This document shows positions 9,557-19,240 of a DNA stretch of 64,000 bases, piece by piece. The notes beneath the pieces are model-generated. The model was not told the DNA's origin. It did not search any database and worked only from the letters and a program-made list of their open reading frames with translations. Position 1 is the first letter of the stretch; the number at the start of each line of letters is the position of its first letter. The translations under genes and the position numbers were made by a program. The DNA is from Azospirillaceae bacterium (GTDB taxonomy: Bacteria > Pseudomonadota > Alphaproteobacteria > Azospirillales > Azospirillaceae), in the NCBI GenBank assembly GCA_028281465.1, contig JANQJV010000345.1, positions 6,745 through 70,744 of the forward strand, given 5' to 3'.

Positions 9557-10567
9557 CTAAATCCGCAACAGGCCGATGATGTCCTTGGCCTCGGCGAGGG
9601 TCTTCGCCGCGATCGCCTCGGCGCGGTCGGCGCCGTGGCTTAGCAGGCGGTCTATCTCGGCGGGGTCGTTCATCAATCGATTCATCTCAGCCGTGATGGG
9701 GGCCAGCTTGGCCACCGCCACATCGACCAGGGCAGTCTTGAATGTGGAGAATTGCGCGCCGGCCTGGGCGTCCAGCACCTGTTGGCGAGATTGATCGGTC
9801 AAGGCGCCGTAGATCGTTACCAGATTGTCGGCTTCCGGCCGAGCGACCAGGTCGTCCGCCGTTTCCGGCAGTGGATCTGGGTCGGTCTTGGCCTTGCGGA
9901 TTTTCTGGGCAATGGTCTCGGCATCGTCGGTCATGTTGATGCGCGACTGATCCGAGATATCGGATTTGCTCATCTTCTTGCTGCCGTCACGTAGCGACAT
10001 CACCCGCGTCGCCTCGCCCAGAATCTGCGGCTCTGGCAGTGGGAAGAAATCGACGTCGTAGTGCCGATTGAAGGCGCCGGCAATGTCGCGGCTGAGCTCA
10101 AGGTGCTGTTTTTGGTCTTCGCCCACCGGCACATGCGTGGCCTTGTACGCCAGGATGTCGGCGGCCATGAGCACAGGGTAGGCATAGAGGCCGAGCACGG
10201 CGCTGTCGCGATGCTTGCCGGCCTTTTCCTTGAATTGGGTCATGCGATTGAGCCAGCCGATGGGCGCGTGGCACGACAGGATCCACGACAATTCGCTGTG
10301 CGCCGAGACGTGGCTCTGGGCAAACAGGATGCACCGCTGCGGGTCAATGCCGGCGGCAATATAGGCGGCGGCGACTTCGCGGGTATTCGAGCGCAGCACC
10401 TCCGGTTCCTGCGGCAAGGTCAAGGCGTGCAGATCTACCACGCAAAATATGCAGTCATAGCTCGCTTGCAGGGCCACCCAGTTGCGCAAGGCACCCAGGT
10501 AGTTGCCGAGGTGGAGCTGCCGGGTCGGCTGCATGCCCGAAAAGATGCGGTTCACGGGGTCTCTCAA
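9557..10567 (-). CDS. trpS: tryptophan--tRNA ligase
   Basis: 336 aa. Class I HIGH-like motif ([13 protein letters not shown]) and KMSKS motif (KKMSKSD). Confidence 0.95.
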   Translation of the reverse strand: MRDPVNRIFSGMQPTRQLHLGNYLGALRNWVALQASYDCIFCVVDLHALTLPQEPEVLRSNTREVAAAYIAAGIDPQRCILFAQSHVSAHSELSWILSCHAPIGWLNRMTQFKEKAGKHRDSAVLGLYAYPVLMAADILAYKATHVPVGEDQKQHLELSRDIAGAFNRHYDVDFFPLPEPQILGEATRVMSLRDGSKKMSKSDISDQSRINMTDDAETIAQKIRKAKTDPDPLPETADDLVARPEADNLVTIYGALTDQSRQQVLDAQAGAQFSTFKTALVDVAVAKLAPITAEMNRLMNDPAEIDRLLSHGADRAEAIAAKTLAEAKDIIGLLRI

Positions 10568-10972
10568 TCGATGGAAGGGGAAGGTGGCGGGCGTACGGCG
10601 GCCGGGTGGATCAGGTGAGCGCGATCAGGCGGCTCGGACCGCCTGTGGCACCTGAGATTCTGGGTGTACCAGCCACCCATGTTGTGCCCACGGCCCGACG
10701 TTGCTCCAGATGGGCGACGCATTCCAAGCCCCAACGGTTGGTCGGCAGCCAGGCATAATGGGTTGCGACGTCGGTCGTGCGACCGACGTCGAGCGACACA
10801 GTGTCGACCGCCATGCCGACGACTTGGCGCTGTTCCATATGGACTGATCTCCCTTGCCGTTACAGATGGGGCGAGGCACGAGATAGGGACATTGTTCACC
10901 ACGGCGATCAAACAGAAAAATCCGGTGGACAAAACCGAGCCAGGCAATTGGGGTCGCGGTCGAGCGCCGCGC

Positions 10973-12646
10973 TCAGTTGAACAGATCCCCGAAATCGCTC
11001 TGCGGTTGCTCGGGTGACTCAGGGCCAGAAGGGGTGGCTTCCGTTGGGATCGGCTGGCTGCCGCCAAACAAATCGTCAAAATCGCCCCCGCTCCGGTTGT
11101 TGCCGGTATCGGGGACCCCGAACAGATCTCCGAAGTCGCCCCCCGTCTGGCTGTCGGTGTCCGGTGCGCCGAACAGATCGCCGAAGTCGCCGCTGGGGAC
11201 TTGCCCGGTGTGCGCAGGGGCTTCGATCACTGTGTTGCCGGTTGTTTTTCCGAAGATCTGTTCCGGCAACCAGGTGGCCAACTGCGGAAACACCCAAAGA
11301 AGCACGATGCCGACGAGTTGCAGCCCCACGAACGGGATGATGCCGCGGTAGATGTCGAGTGTGCTGACCAATGAGCCGGCGACGCCACGCAGGTAGAACA
11401 GCGAAAAGCCGAAGGGCGGCGTAATAAAGCTGGTCTGTAGGTTGACCCCCATGGCGACGCCGAGCCAAAGCGGGTCTATGCCAAGCCGAATTAAGACCGG
11501 CGCGGCGATTGGCACCATGATGAACATGATTTCAAACGTATCGAGAAAGAAGCCCAAGACGAACATGATCGCCATGACGACGATGACCGCGCCAAGCTGT
11601 CCACCAGGCATGGCCGATAGGATGTCCTCCACGAGGTGCTCGCCGCCCAGGCCACGAAACACCAAGCTGAACACGGATGCACCGATCAGGATGACGAAGA
11701 CCATGGAGCTAATCAGCATGGTCGAGCGCATCACGTCGTTGAGCACTCGCAGGGAGAACCGTCCGCTCAACATGGCGAGAACCGTCGCCCCCACCGCCCC
11801 GACCGACGCCGATTCGGTTGCCGTCGCCAAGCCACTCAATATGGAACCGAGCACAGCCACGATCAGCAACAGCGGTGGCACCAGGGCCACCATGACCCGG
11901 CCGAAAAGACCACGTTTCTCCGCGGCCGTCATGTGGATCGGCGGACAGCTCAGCGGATCGAACACCGCCTTCAGCACCACCCAGCTTGTATACAGGCCGA
12001 CCAGGCACAGGCCTGGCAACAGGGCTCCGGCGAACAGCTGACCGACCGACAATGGCTGCGGCGTGAAGTTGCCCATGGAAAGCTGGGCTTGTTGGTTCGC
12101 GCCGGCCAGGAGGTCGCCCATGAAGATGAGCACGGCGGAGGGCGGGATGATCTGGCCAAGCGTTCCGGAGGCACAGATGATGCCGGTGGCCAGTTTCGGA
12201 TCGTAACCTGCACGGACCATGGCTGGGAGGCTGAGCAGACCCATGGTGACGACCGTGGCACCGACGATGCCGGTGGATGCCGCCAGCAGAGTGCCGACGA
12301 TGACGACGGAGATGCCCAGTCCACCGCGCAGGGACCCGAACAACTGGCCCATGGTGGTGAGCAGCCGTTCCGCGATCTTGGAGCGCTCCAGCATGACGCC
12401 CATGAACACGAACAGCGGCACCGCAACCAGCACCTCGTTGGTCATCACGCCGAAGTAGCGCGAGCCAAGCCCAATCAGGAGCGTGAAGTCGAAAACACCG
12501 AACTGGTTGCCAATGAAGGCGAAGATTAATCCCATGCCAGCCAGTGTGAAAGCCACGGGGTACCCGATCATTACCGCGAACAGGGTAACCAAGAACATGG
12601 ACCCGGCGATGATCTCGCCGATGACGACGCTCTCCATACCGGTCAT
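10973..12646 (-). CDS. dctM: TRAP transporter large permease (DctM family) with a repeat-bearing C-terminal tail
   Basis: 557-aa polytopic ORF with DctM-like sequence throughout the first ~475 aa. The last ~80 aa are hydrophilic with four copies of (G)DF(G/D)DLF. Confidence 0.85.
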   Translation of the reverse strand: MTGMESVVIGEIIAGSMFLVTLFAVMIGYPVAFTLAGMGLIFAFIGNQFGVFDFTLLIGLGSRYFGVMTNEVLVAVPLFVFMGVMLERSKIAERLLTTMGQLFGSLRGGLGISVVIVGTLLAASTGIVGATVVTMGLLSLPAMVRAGYDPKLATGIICASGTLGQIIPPSAVLIFMGDLLAGANQQAQLSMGNFTPQPLSVGQLFAGALLPGLCLVGLYTSWVVLKAVFDPLSCPPIHMTAAEKRGLFGRVMVALVPPLLLIVAVLGSILSGLATATESASVGAVGATVLAMLSGRFSLRVLNDVMRSTMLISSMVFVILIGASVFSLVFRGLGGEHLVEDILSAMPGGQLGAVIVVMAIMFVLGFFLDTFEIMFIMVPIAAPVLIRLGIDPLWLGVAMGVNLQTSFITPPFGFSLFYLRGVAGSLVSTLDIYRGIIPFVGLQLVGIVLLWVFPQLATWLPEQIFGKTTGNTVIEAPAHTGQVPSGDFGDLFGAPDTDSQTGGDFGDLFGVPDTGNNRSGGDFDDLFGGSQPIPTEATPSGPESPEQPQSDFGDLFN

Positions 12647-12707
12647 GTTCCTCAGTCAGTGGTGGTCATCGGTCGGGGGGGGAAGGGTCGGCAGGCGGCT
12701 TCGGTCC

Positions 12708-13343
12708 CTAGGGCGGTCCCTTGGCCTGTTGGGGGCTCGGTGTGGCGCCGGCGTTGGGACCAGGCCGGTCGGCCGGATGTCCCGATAGTACCAGAAGACT
12801 ACGGCAGATCATGGCCAGACCCTGGGCGCCGACCACGAAGGCGAATACCCAAATGACGGATTTCAAGACAAAGTATCCCGGCAAACCGTCGGCTTGCTGC
12901 GACCATTCGTGGATGCGCCAGGATGATCCGACGAAGGGGGCGCTGGTGACCACCAGGACGACGAGCCAAGGCACCAGGAACACCAGCGAACCGATCAGAT
13001 CGACCCAGGCTTTGCCCCGCACCGGAAGTGCGCTGTAGAAGAGGTCCACGCGGACGTGGCCGCCTTTGAGGAAGGTGTAACCAGCACCGACCATGAACAC
13101 GGCGGCATGCTGCCAAACATAGAGTTCTTGCAGCCAGACGAATCCCAACTCGAAGACATAGCGCAGCACCACCACCGCAAAGCAAACCAGAACGCACCCA
13201 AGACACAGCCAGGCCGTTACGTGGCCGAGCCACTCGTTGAAGGCATCGACCACGCCGATGATCCCTTTGAGCAGCCCGTGCTGCCGGCTGAAGCCGGCCA
13301 ACAGAATGATCGTTAGGACGGCCGCGGTGGTCCAGGGGAGCAT
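12708..13343 (-). CDS. dctQ: TRAP transporter small permease (DctQ family)
   Basis: DctQ-like core (VDAFNEWLGHVTAWLCLGCVLVCFAVVVLRYVF...GGHVRVDLFY). The start is uncertain: ATG 13343 is chosen, with alternatives at 13472 and the track start 13580. Confidence 0.7.
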   Translation of the reverse strand: MLPWTTAAVLTIILLAGFSRQHGLLKGIIGVVDAFNEWLGHVTAWLCLGCVLVCFAVVVLRYVFELGFVWLQELYVWQHAAVFMVGAGYTFLKGGHVRVDLFYSALPVRGKAWVDLIGSLVFLVPWLVVLVVTSAPFVGSSWRIHEWSQQADGLPGYFVLKSVIWVFAFVVGAQGLAMICRSLLVLSGHPADRPGPNAGATPSPQQAKGPP

Positions 13344-13597
13344 CTGGGCGATACCGTGAACCGCCACCGACACGGCCGGCCCTATACCCAAACCGTTGAG
13401 GAAGCTCAGAACAGCACCGGTTTCCAAAGGAGGGTCCTTTCGGTCGGCACCGGCCGCGAAGGTGCGGCCCATGGGTGGAAGACCTGGCCCGCCGTCGAAC
13501 CGGACCGGTCGCGGGCGGTCGAATGCCGCCAAAACACTACAGTGGATGTCAGCAAACCCCAACCGACATTGGTTGGGCAAGGGGAAACCACCCCATC

Positions 13598-13627
13598 CGC
13601 GCCCTCTGTCGCGCCCTCTGTCGCGCG
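13598..13627. repeat. 12-bp direct repeat, about 2.5 copies (cgcgccctctgt)
   Basis: Exact units at 13598-13609 and 13610-13621, plus a partial cgcgcg. Lies in the divergent dctQ / binding-protein intergenic region. Confidence 0.8.
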
Positions 13628-13684
13628 TAGATGCGCCCTTTTTCCCGGCCTGATATTGTATTCTGTTGTAATGTTAGGGTGCGT

Positions 13685-14698
13685 ATGACGACGGAGCGAG
13701 ACATGGGACGCGTCACCGCCGCGGCGACGGCACTTTTTCTGATTGTGGTCCCTGCTTGCGACGATCCGCCGAGTACCCCCAACCCGGCCGGGATTGATCC
13801 CTCCACGGTGAACACGACGACCGATGCGGGGGCGGTGGCCACGCCCTATCGGATAGCTTTGGTCATGAAGACCGTGGCCAACCCTTTCTTCGTCGCCATG
13901 GAACTTGGTGCCCGCAAGGCTGAGCGCGACCTGGGCGTGTCGCTGGTGGTGCGCACAGTGGCGCAAGAGACGTCCGTTGAACAGCAGATCGTGATCGTCG
14001 AAGAACTGACCGCCGAGCGTGTCGATGCCATCGTCATTGCACCCGGCCACTCGACCCGCTTGATCCCGCCACTGAAGGCGGCGCAGGACGCGGGTGTGGT
14101 CGTCGTTGCCATCGACAACCGGTTGGACCCCGTTCACGCGGAGAAAATCGGCCTGGAGCGCGTGCCGTTCATCAGCGTCGACAATGAAAATGGTGCGTAT
14201 CAATCCGTGCGGGCTTTGCTGGATGGGGTCGAAGCCGAGAGCCGTGCGGTCATCTTGGAAGGCATTCGCGGGGCTGCCAATGCCGAAGCCCGGCGCCAGG
14301 GTGCGCTGCGTGCCTTCGGTGAGGTGCCCTGGGTCGCGGTGGTGGCGAGTGAAACGGCGAACTGGAAAATCGACGAAGGCTATGATGTCACTGCCGATTT
14401 TTTCGAGGCTCATGGCACAATCGATCTTGTGTTTGCCGCCAACGACATGATGGCCCTCGGGGCCGTCCAGTATCTCCAGGACCGGGGACTGAGCCATGTT
14501 CGTGTGGCCGGCTACGACGCACTCAAGGAGGCCGTCGAGGCGGTTCGTACCGGCGCCATGGTTGCTACCATCGACCAGCGGGCGGACCGGCAGGGTTATT
14601 TGGGGGTCGAAACGGCGGTTCGTCTGCTGCGGGCGGAGGCGGTACCGATGTTAACATTGATCGATGTCACCCTGGTCACACAGGACACGGTACGCTGA
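13685..14698 (+). CDS. periplasmic sugar-binding-type protein (PBP1/RbsB-like), probably a lipoprotein
   Basis: ATG 13685. Signal sequence ending LIVVPAC, then the type I periplasmic binding fold signature ([24 protein letters not shown]...DAIVIAP...VVVVAIDN...[11 protein letters not shown]). Confidence 0.8.
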   Translation: MTTERDMGRVTAAATALFLIVVPACDDPPSTPNPAGIDPSTVNTTTDAGAVATPYRIALVMKTVANPFFVAMELGARKAERDLGVSLVVRTVAQETSVEQQIVIVEELTAERVDAIVIAPGHSTRLIPPLKAAQDAGVVVVAIDNRLDPVHAEKIGLERVPFISVDNENGAYQSVRALLDGVEAESRAVILEGIRGAANAEARRQGALRAFGEVPWVAVVASETANWKIDEGYDVTADFFEAHGTIDLVFAANDMMALGAVQYLQDRGLSHVRVAGYDALKEAVEAVRTGAMVATIDQRADRQGYLGVETAVRLLRAEAVPMLTLIDVTLVTQDTVR

Positions 14699-14735
14699 CG
14701 CCGCCACCCACCGTCCATGCCCGGGGGTGAACCCC

Positions 14736-17700
14736 ATGCGCGGTTCCTTACTGATTAAGCTGATTTTCTACCTGGTGCTGGTGACCCTGCTGCCCATGGT
14801 CGCCCTGGCGCTGTGGTCGTATCGTCTGTTTGAGGCGACGCTGGAGGCGGATGCCCGCGACAGTGCGCTTGCGATCGTCACGACCCGCCGAGACTACCTG
14901 GACTTACAGGTCTCCCAAGTCGAGAGTCTGATGAACAGCCTGTCTGGCAATGAAGATCTGAATCAGGTGGTAACTGTCGACACGCAAGAGATGTCGCCAT
15001 ACGACCAGCTCCGCACACGGGCTCAGATTGGTTACATCTTCAACGACTACGTGAATGTCCGTGGGTTAGTGTCCCTCGACTTGTTTGCCGTCAACGGCGC
15101 AAGTTACCATGTCGGAGACACGCTCGACGTTTCTGTGATCCACAGCGGCATAGTCGACAGGACCATGGGCCGGGTACTTGCCCGACCGCATGGCTTGCAT
15201 TGGCTCGGGGCGATTCCGAATGTGAACGCCAATTCAACCTACGCCACGGTGGTGTCGCTGGCAAAAGCCCTCCGGAGTTTCGATAAACAGGCGGTGGAAG
15301 AGCGGGTTACCGGCTTCTTGATCATTAGTTTGGACCCGGGCTGGTTCGCCGATCCGAGTCATGGCCCAAGGGAAGGCGCGCAGGTCACGCGGCACATCAT
15401 TCTCGATCATCAAGATCGATACATCTTTCACAATGATCCGGGTGAAATCGGCAAGCGGGCGACGTCCGAGCTGTTGGCCGTTGTTGGCAACTGGGATGCA
15501 GCGACCGTGGTGGAGATTGCCGGCCAGATGCTCCTCTTGAGCACGGCGGTGTCGCGGCAAACCGGCTGGCGCGTGATCAGCATCATCCCGTACCAAACCA
15601 TCCGTAGCAAGGCTGACCAGATCGGGATCACGGCGTTACCGCTCGTCGCTGTGTCCCTCTTGTTGGTGATCCTGGCCGCTTGGTTCATGAAGCGGCGGAT
15701 GGTCACGCCGATTCACCAACTGATCCACAGCTTTCGTCGGCTCCAGCATGGCGATGCCGCCCTGCCGCCCGCTCTGCCGGTGCGCGGCCGCGATGAGCTG
15801 GCCGCCCTGGCGGAAGCCTTCAATGCTTTTCTGGACAGTGTTGAAGCCAAGCGTTCGGCCGAGCGCAGTCTGGCCCAGGCGAAGGCCGAGGCAGATCAGG
15901 CCAACCGTGCCAAGTCCGATTTTCTCGCCATGATGAGCCATGAGATTCGAACGCCGCTCAACGGTGTGCTTGGCATGGCTGGGCTCCTGGCCGAAACCCG
16001 GCTGGATCTGGAGCAGCGCACCATGGCGGACACCATCCGCCGGTCGGCTGAGATCTTGCTGACGATTATCGACGACATCCTCGATTTCTCTAAGATCGAG
16101 GCCGGCCAGATGACTCTGGTGGTAACCGACGGAGACCTTGTCACCGAGTTGGAGAATGCCGTGGAGATTGTGGCGCCGCGGGCCGAAGCCAAAGGCTTGG
16201 AGATCGCCATGATCACGGCCCCGGAGGCCTTGGGCCGCTTCGCTGCGGATTTCTGCCGGCTGCGGCAGGTTGTGCTCAATCTGTTGAGCAACGCCATCAA
16301 ATTCACCGATGCGGGCACCGTGACGGTGCGCGTGGCGCAGACTGGCGAGGCGGACGGGGATGTCCGGATTCGTGTCGATGTCATCGATACCGGTATCGGT
16401 ATCGCCACCGAGGACATACCATGTCTCTTTGCCCGGTTCTTCCAGTTGGCAACCGCTCCATCGCAGCGTGTCGGTGGGACCGGCTTGGGTTTGGCGATCA
16501 GTCGGCGGTTGATTGAGCTCATGGGGGGCTGCATCGGAGTCGACAGCCATCTCGGTGAAGGAAGTCGGTTCTGGTTTGAGGTGCCGCTGCGCCGGGTTGC
16601 TGCCCCGCCCGGTGACCTGTCACTTGGAGCGGTCGTGTCCGACCGGCCACTGCGCATCCTGATCGTCGACGACAACGAAGTTTGCCGAGACGCGTTGGAT
16701 GTCATGGTTCGCTCCTGGTTCATGCACCCGTCTTGCGCCCCCGATGGCGCCTCAGCTGTGGCTTTGGTGGCCGAAGCGGCGAAGGCAGGCGACCCCTTCG
16801 ACGTCGTGCTGCTTGACCATGGCCTGCCCGGTGAAAACGGATGGCAGGTGGCAGTCCGTTTACGCTCGCATGCGGAGGTCCGGGTGCCGGCCATTGTTCT
16901 GATGGTCGGTCGGGCACCGGGATTGGTTCCAGTTGGGTCGGACGAGGGTGCCGGTGTCGTTGATGCCCGCCTTGTGAAACCACTGCGTCGATCTGCTGTT
17001 ATTGCCGCCATTCGCGCCGCCGTTCATGGCCATCCGCCGGCTCCACTGCCGGAGCGACCGAAACCGGTGGTTCCATCGTCGGCACCGTTGCGTGTTTTGG
17101 TGGCCGAGGACAATGCCGTCAACCAGATGGTCCTTGCCTCGATGGTGAAGAAAATGGGGCATCACGCGGACGTGGTTGGCAACGGAGCCGAGGCGGTTCG
17201 GGCGGTCCAGGCCGCCAGGTATGACGTGATCCTCATGGACGTTCACATGCCCGAACTGGACGGTTACGAGGCGACTCGGATCATCCGTGACCTCAATGGC
17301 CCGGGGGCGCAGATCCGAATTATCGCCATCACCGCCAACGCATTCGCCTCGGATCGGGAACGCTGTCTGGCTGCCGGGATGGATGATCATCTTGCCAAGC
17401 CGGTCGAACTGCTGAGCCTGCGTGCGGCCCTGGGGCGCAGTGGTCCGGTGGCTCGGCCCGAAGGGTCCGCTGGGACGCCGCTGGTTCAACCACCGCCGTC
17501 CTTGATGCCGGCGGACAAGACGTCTGTGCCAGATCGCAGTGGCAGCCCGGCTGCGAGCTTGGAGACCATGGCGCGGCTTGTGGCATCGACCCGCGATGCC
17601 TTGCAGCAGAGTTTGTCCGACAGCGAGATCCGCCAGGCTTTCCGCTCCTTCGATTCGGTCTGCGAGCGCTGCCTCGACGAATTGGCGATCATGGTGGCGG

Positions 17701-17927
17701 CGCGGGATTGGTCGGCGCTGAAACGGCTGACCCTTTCTCTGCGCGGTGCTGCGGCGCAACTGGGTTTCCATCCTTTGGCTGATGCGGCGCGGCAATTCGA
17801 GAAGGCCATCGATCAGGGCGATGCGGAAGCCTTGGACCTCGAACAAGCACGCGTCGGCTTGGTGGGGCGCCACCTGTTGATGGCCATTCGCCGGGACATC
17901 GATATCCGGGCCGGGCCGGGGGAATGA
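14736..17927 (+). CDS. hybrid sensor histidine kinase (periplasmic Cache-like domain, HAMP, HisKA, HATPase, two receiver domains, HPt-like domain)
   Basis: Two TM segments flank a ~290-aa periplasmic region. H-box [12 protein letters not shown]-box [10 protein letters not shown]-boxes DTGIGI and GGTGLGLAI. Two REC domains ([12 protein letters not shown]...VKPL; [12 protein letters not shown]...LAKPV). C-terminal four-helix HPt-like segment. Confidence 0.9.
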   Translation: MRGSLLIKLIFYLVLVTLLPMVALALWSYRLFEATLEADARDSALAIVTTRRDYLDLQVSQVESLMNSLSGNEDLNQVVTVDTQEMSPYDQLRTRAQIGYIFNDYVNVRGLVSLDLFAVNGASYHVGDTLDVSVIHSGIVDRTMGRVLARPHGLHWLGAIPNVNANSTYATVVSLAKALRSFDKQAVEERVTGFLIISLDPGWFADPSHGPREGAQVTRHIILDHQDRYIFHNDPGEIGKRATSELLAVVGNWDAATVVEIAGQMLLLSTAVSRQTGWRVISIIPYQTIRSKADQIGITALPLVAVSLLLVILAAWFMKRRMVTPIHQLIHSFRRLQHGDAALPPALPVRGRDELAALAEAFNAFLDSVEAKRSAERSLAQAKAEADQANRAKSDFLAMMSHEIRTPLNGVLGMAGLLAETRLDLEQRTMADTIRRSAEILLTIIDDILDFSKIEAGQMTLVVTDGDLVTELENAVEIVAPRAEAKGLEIAMITAPEALGRFAADFCRLRQVVLNLLSNAIKFTDAGTVTVRVAQTGEADGDVRIRVDVIDTGIGIATEDIPCLFARFFQLATAPSQRVGGTGLGLAISRRLIELMGGCIGVDSHLGEGSRFWFEVPLRRVAAPPGDLSLGAVVSDRPLRILIVDDNEVCRDALDVMVRSWFMHPSCAPDGASAVALVAEAAKAGDPFDVVLLDHGLPGENGWQVAVRLRSHAEVRVPAIVLMVGRAPGLVPVGSDEGAGVVDARLVKPLRRSAVIAAIRAAVHGHPPAPLPERPKPVVPSSAPLRVLVAEDNAVNQMVLASMVKKMGHHADVVGNGAEAVRAVQAARYDVILMDVHMPELDGYEATRIIRDLNGPGAQIRIIAITANAFASDRERCLAAGMDDHLAKPVELLSLRAALGRSGPVARPEGSAGTPLVQPPPSLMPADKTSVPDRSGSPAASLETMARLVASTRDALQQSLSDSEIRQAFRSFDSVCERCLDELAIMVAARDWSALKRLTLSLRGAAAQLGFHPLADAARQFEKAIDQGDAEALDLEQARVGLVGRHLLMAIRRDIDIRAGPGE

Positions 17928-18010
17928 CCGGAGGTCGATGGTATTCGCATTCCGCTAACGGTTTATGGGCTTCACTCGATATCGCTTTCGACAGTATCGG
18001 CAGGATTGAT

Positions 18011-18075
18011 CTCACTCTCTAGTTTTAACGCATTGTCAAACTGTGGAACCGTTTTCTACGTCCGCCGAAAATGCT
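18011..18075 (+). repeat. conserved upstream element, copy 1 (ECF-like GGAAC-N16-CGAA)
   Basis: An 18-mer acgtccgccgaaaatgct (18058-18075) is identical to 40555-40572. A tcaaacYgYg(g)aacc block lies just upstream in both copies. GGAAC at 18045-18049 and CGAA at 18066-18069. Confidence 0.5.
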
Positions 18076-18094
18076 CTCGGTCTGGAGGCGGATC

Positions 18095-18523
18095 ATGAAA
18101 GTTTCCCATGTCTCCCTTATGTTGGTCGTCGTCGGCGGCTTGATCATGGGGGATTCGGCCTGGCCCCAATCGCTGCACAACAGTGCGCCTGCCCAGCCCC
18201 TTTTCGAGTGCGGTCCGCAGACAATGGGGCAGATGGCGTGTCAAGCGGGCACCAAGTGCAAATGCACCTACGAAGCCTTTGGCAATCTGACGCGTGGCCT
18301 ACCACCCGGCAGTTACCGGTGGGATTGTTCGCCGTTGCACGGCAACTGTCACGTCGACATCCCGGCAGAAACCACCGGCACCTATGGCAATGGTGGGCGC
18401 TCGACACCGTCCCCGATCATCGTCGTGCCCCAAGTCGAGCCGCCGGCCTTGCCTCGGCTGGACGGTCAGCTCCCGCGGCCACCGGCAATCGTCCTGCCGC
18501 CGGGTACCGGGGACCGTTTGTGA
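18095..18523 (+). CDS. secreted Cys-rich / Pro-rich protein, function unknown
   Basis: ATG 18095, 6 nt after GGAGG (18084-18088). Signal peptide (MKVSHVSLMLVVVGGLIMGDSAW), six Cys in the first ~70 mature residues, and a Pro-rich C-terminus. Confidence 0.5.
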   Translation: MKVSHVSLMLVVVGGLIMGDSAWPQSLHNSAPAQPLFECGPQTMGQMACQAGTKCKCTYEAFGNLTRGLPPGSYRWDCSPLHGNCHVDIPAETTGTYGNGGRSTPSPIIVVPQVEPPALPRLDGQLPRPPAIVLPPGTGDRL

Positions 18524-18578
18524 CCCCGGTCCCTGGAGACAGGCCAGCCACATTGCCGGCAGAGGGCGCCAACACAGC

Positions 18579-19049
18579 TCAGGCCGAGCAGAGGGCTTGG
18601 CCGCGCTTTTCCAGGTATTTCTGGTGATACTCTTCGGCGCTGAAGAAGGGGCCAGCCGGTTCGATGGCGGTCACGATTGGACGTTGGAAGCGATTCGATT
18701 GCGCCAGCGTATCCAAGGCGTGCCGGGCCGCCGTTTCCTGGTCCGGCGAATGGACAAAGATCACCGAGCGATACTGGGTGCCGATATCTGGTCCTTGGCG
18801 GTTCAGTTGCGTCGGGTCGTGGCTCCGCCAAAAAGTGTCGAGCAGGCGGTCGTAGGAAACCCGTTCGGGATCGTATTCTACCTCGACCACCTCGGCATGC
18901 CCGGTTTGGCCGCTGCAAACATCCTTGTAAGTAGGGTGGGCCGTATGTCCCCCAGCGTAGCCGACGGTGGTCGACACCACGCCGGCGATCCGGTCGAATG
19001 CCGTCTGGACACTCCAGAAACAGCCAGCACCGAAGGTCGCTTTTGCCAT
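18579..19049 (-). CDS. msrA: peptide-methionine (S)-S-oxide reductase
   Basis: 156 aa. Active-site GCFWS motif near the N-terminus and the conserved GHAEVV / YHQ(K)YL signatures. Confidence 0.95.
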   Translation of the reverse strand: MAKATFGAGCFWSVQTAFDRIAGVVSTTVGYAGGHTAHPTYKDVCSGQTGHAEVVEVEYDPERVSYDRLLDTFWRSHDPTQLNRQGPDIGTQYRSVIFVHSPDQETAARHALDTLAQSNRFQRPIVTAIEPAGPFFSAEEYHQKYLEKRGQALCSA

Positions 19050-19240
19050 TTTTCAGTCTCCATGCACAGGTCTGGTGCGGCCGGGTCAGCCGACGTCATG
19101 GACCGGTTCGCCCGGCGTGGCTATGACATGGGCGTGACCGCGGATGCTTCCGTGACATCGGGCCGCGCTTTCACGGTATTGTCAACCGGGTCTGCGGGCC
19201 GCCGGTTGTCGGCCGATCCCTACCCGATCCCGCAAATCGG

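Noticed and set aside
10570-10612. TGATCC...CGTA-like sequence upstream of trpS as a second RpoE/ChrR-type promoter
   Set aside because: The spacer between TGATCC and CGTA is only about 10 nt, against the roughly 16 expected.
18071-18094. Upstream ATG 18071 (MLSVWRRI...) as the start of the Cys-rich protein, and the matching ATG 40568 in the second element copy as a conserved small-ORF start
   Set aside because: Neither ATG has a Shine-Dalgarno. The ATG lies inside the identical 18-mer, directly after the putative -10 (CGAA), so it would probably be upstream of the transcription start. ATG 18095 has a perfect GGAGG. The alternative is kept in the finding text.
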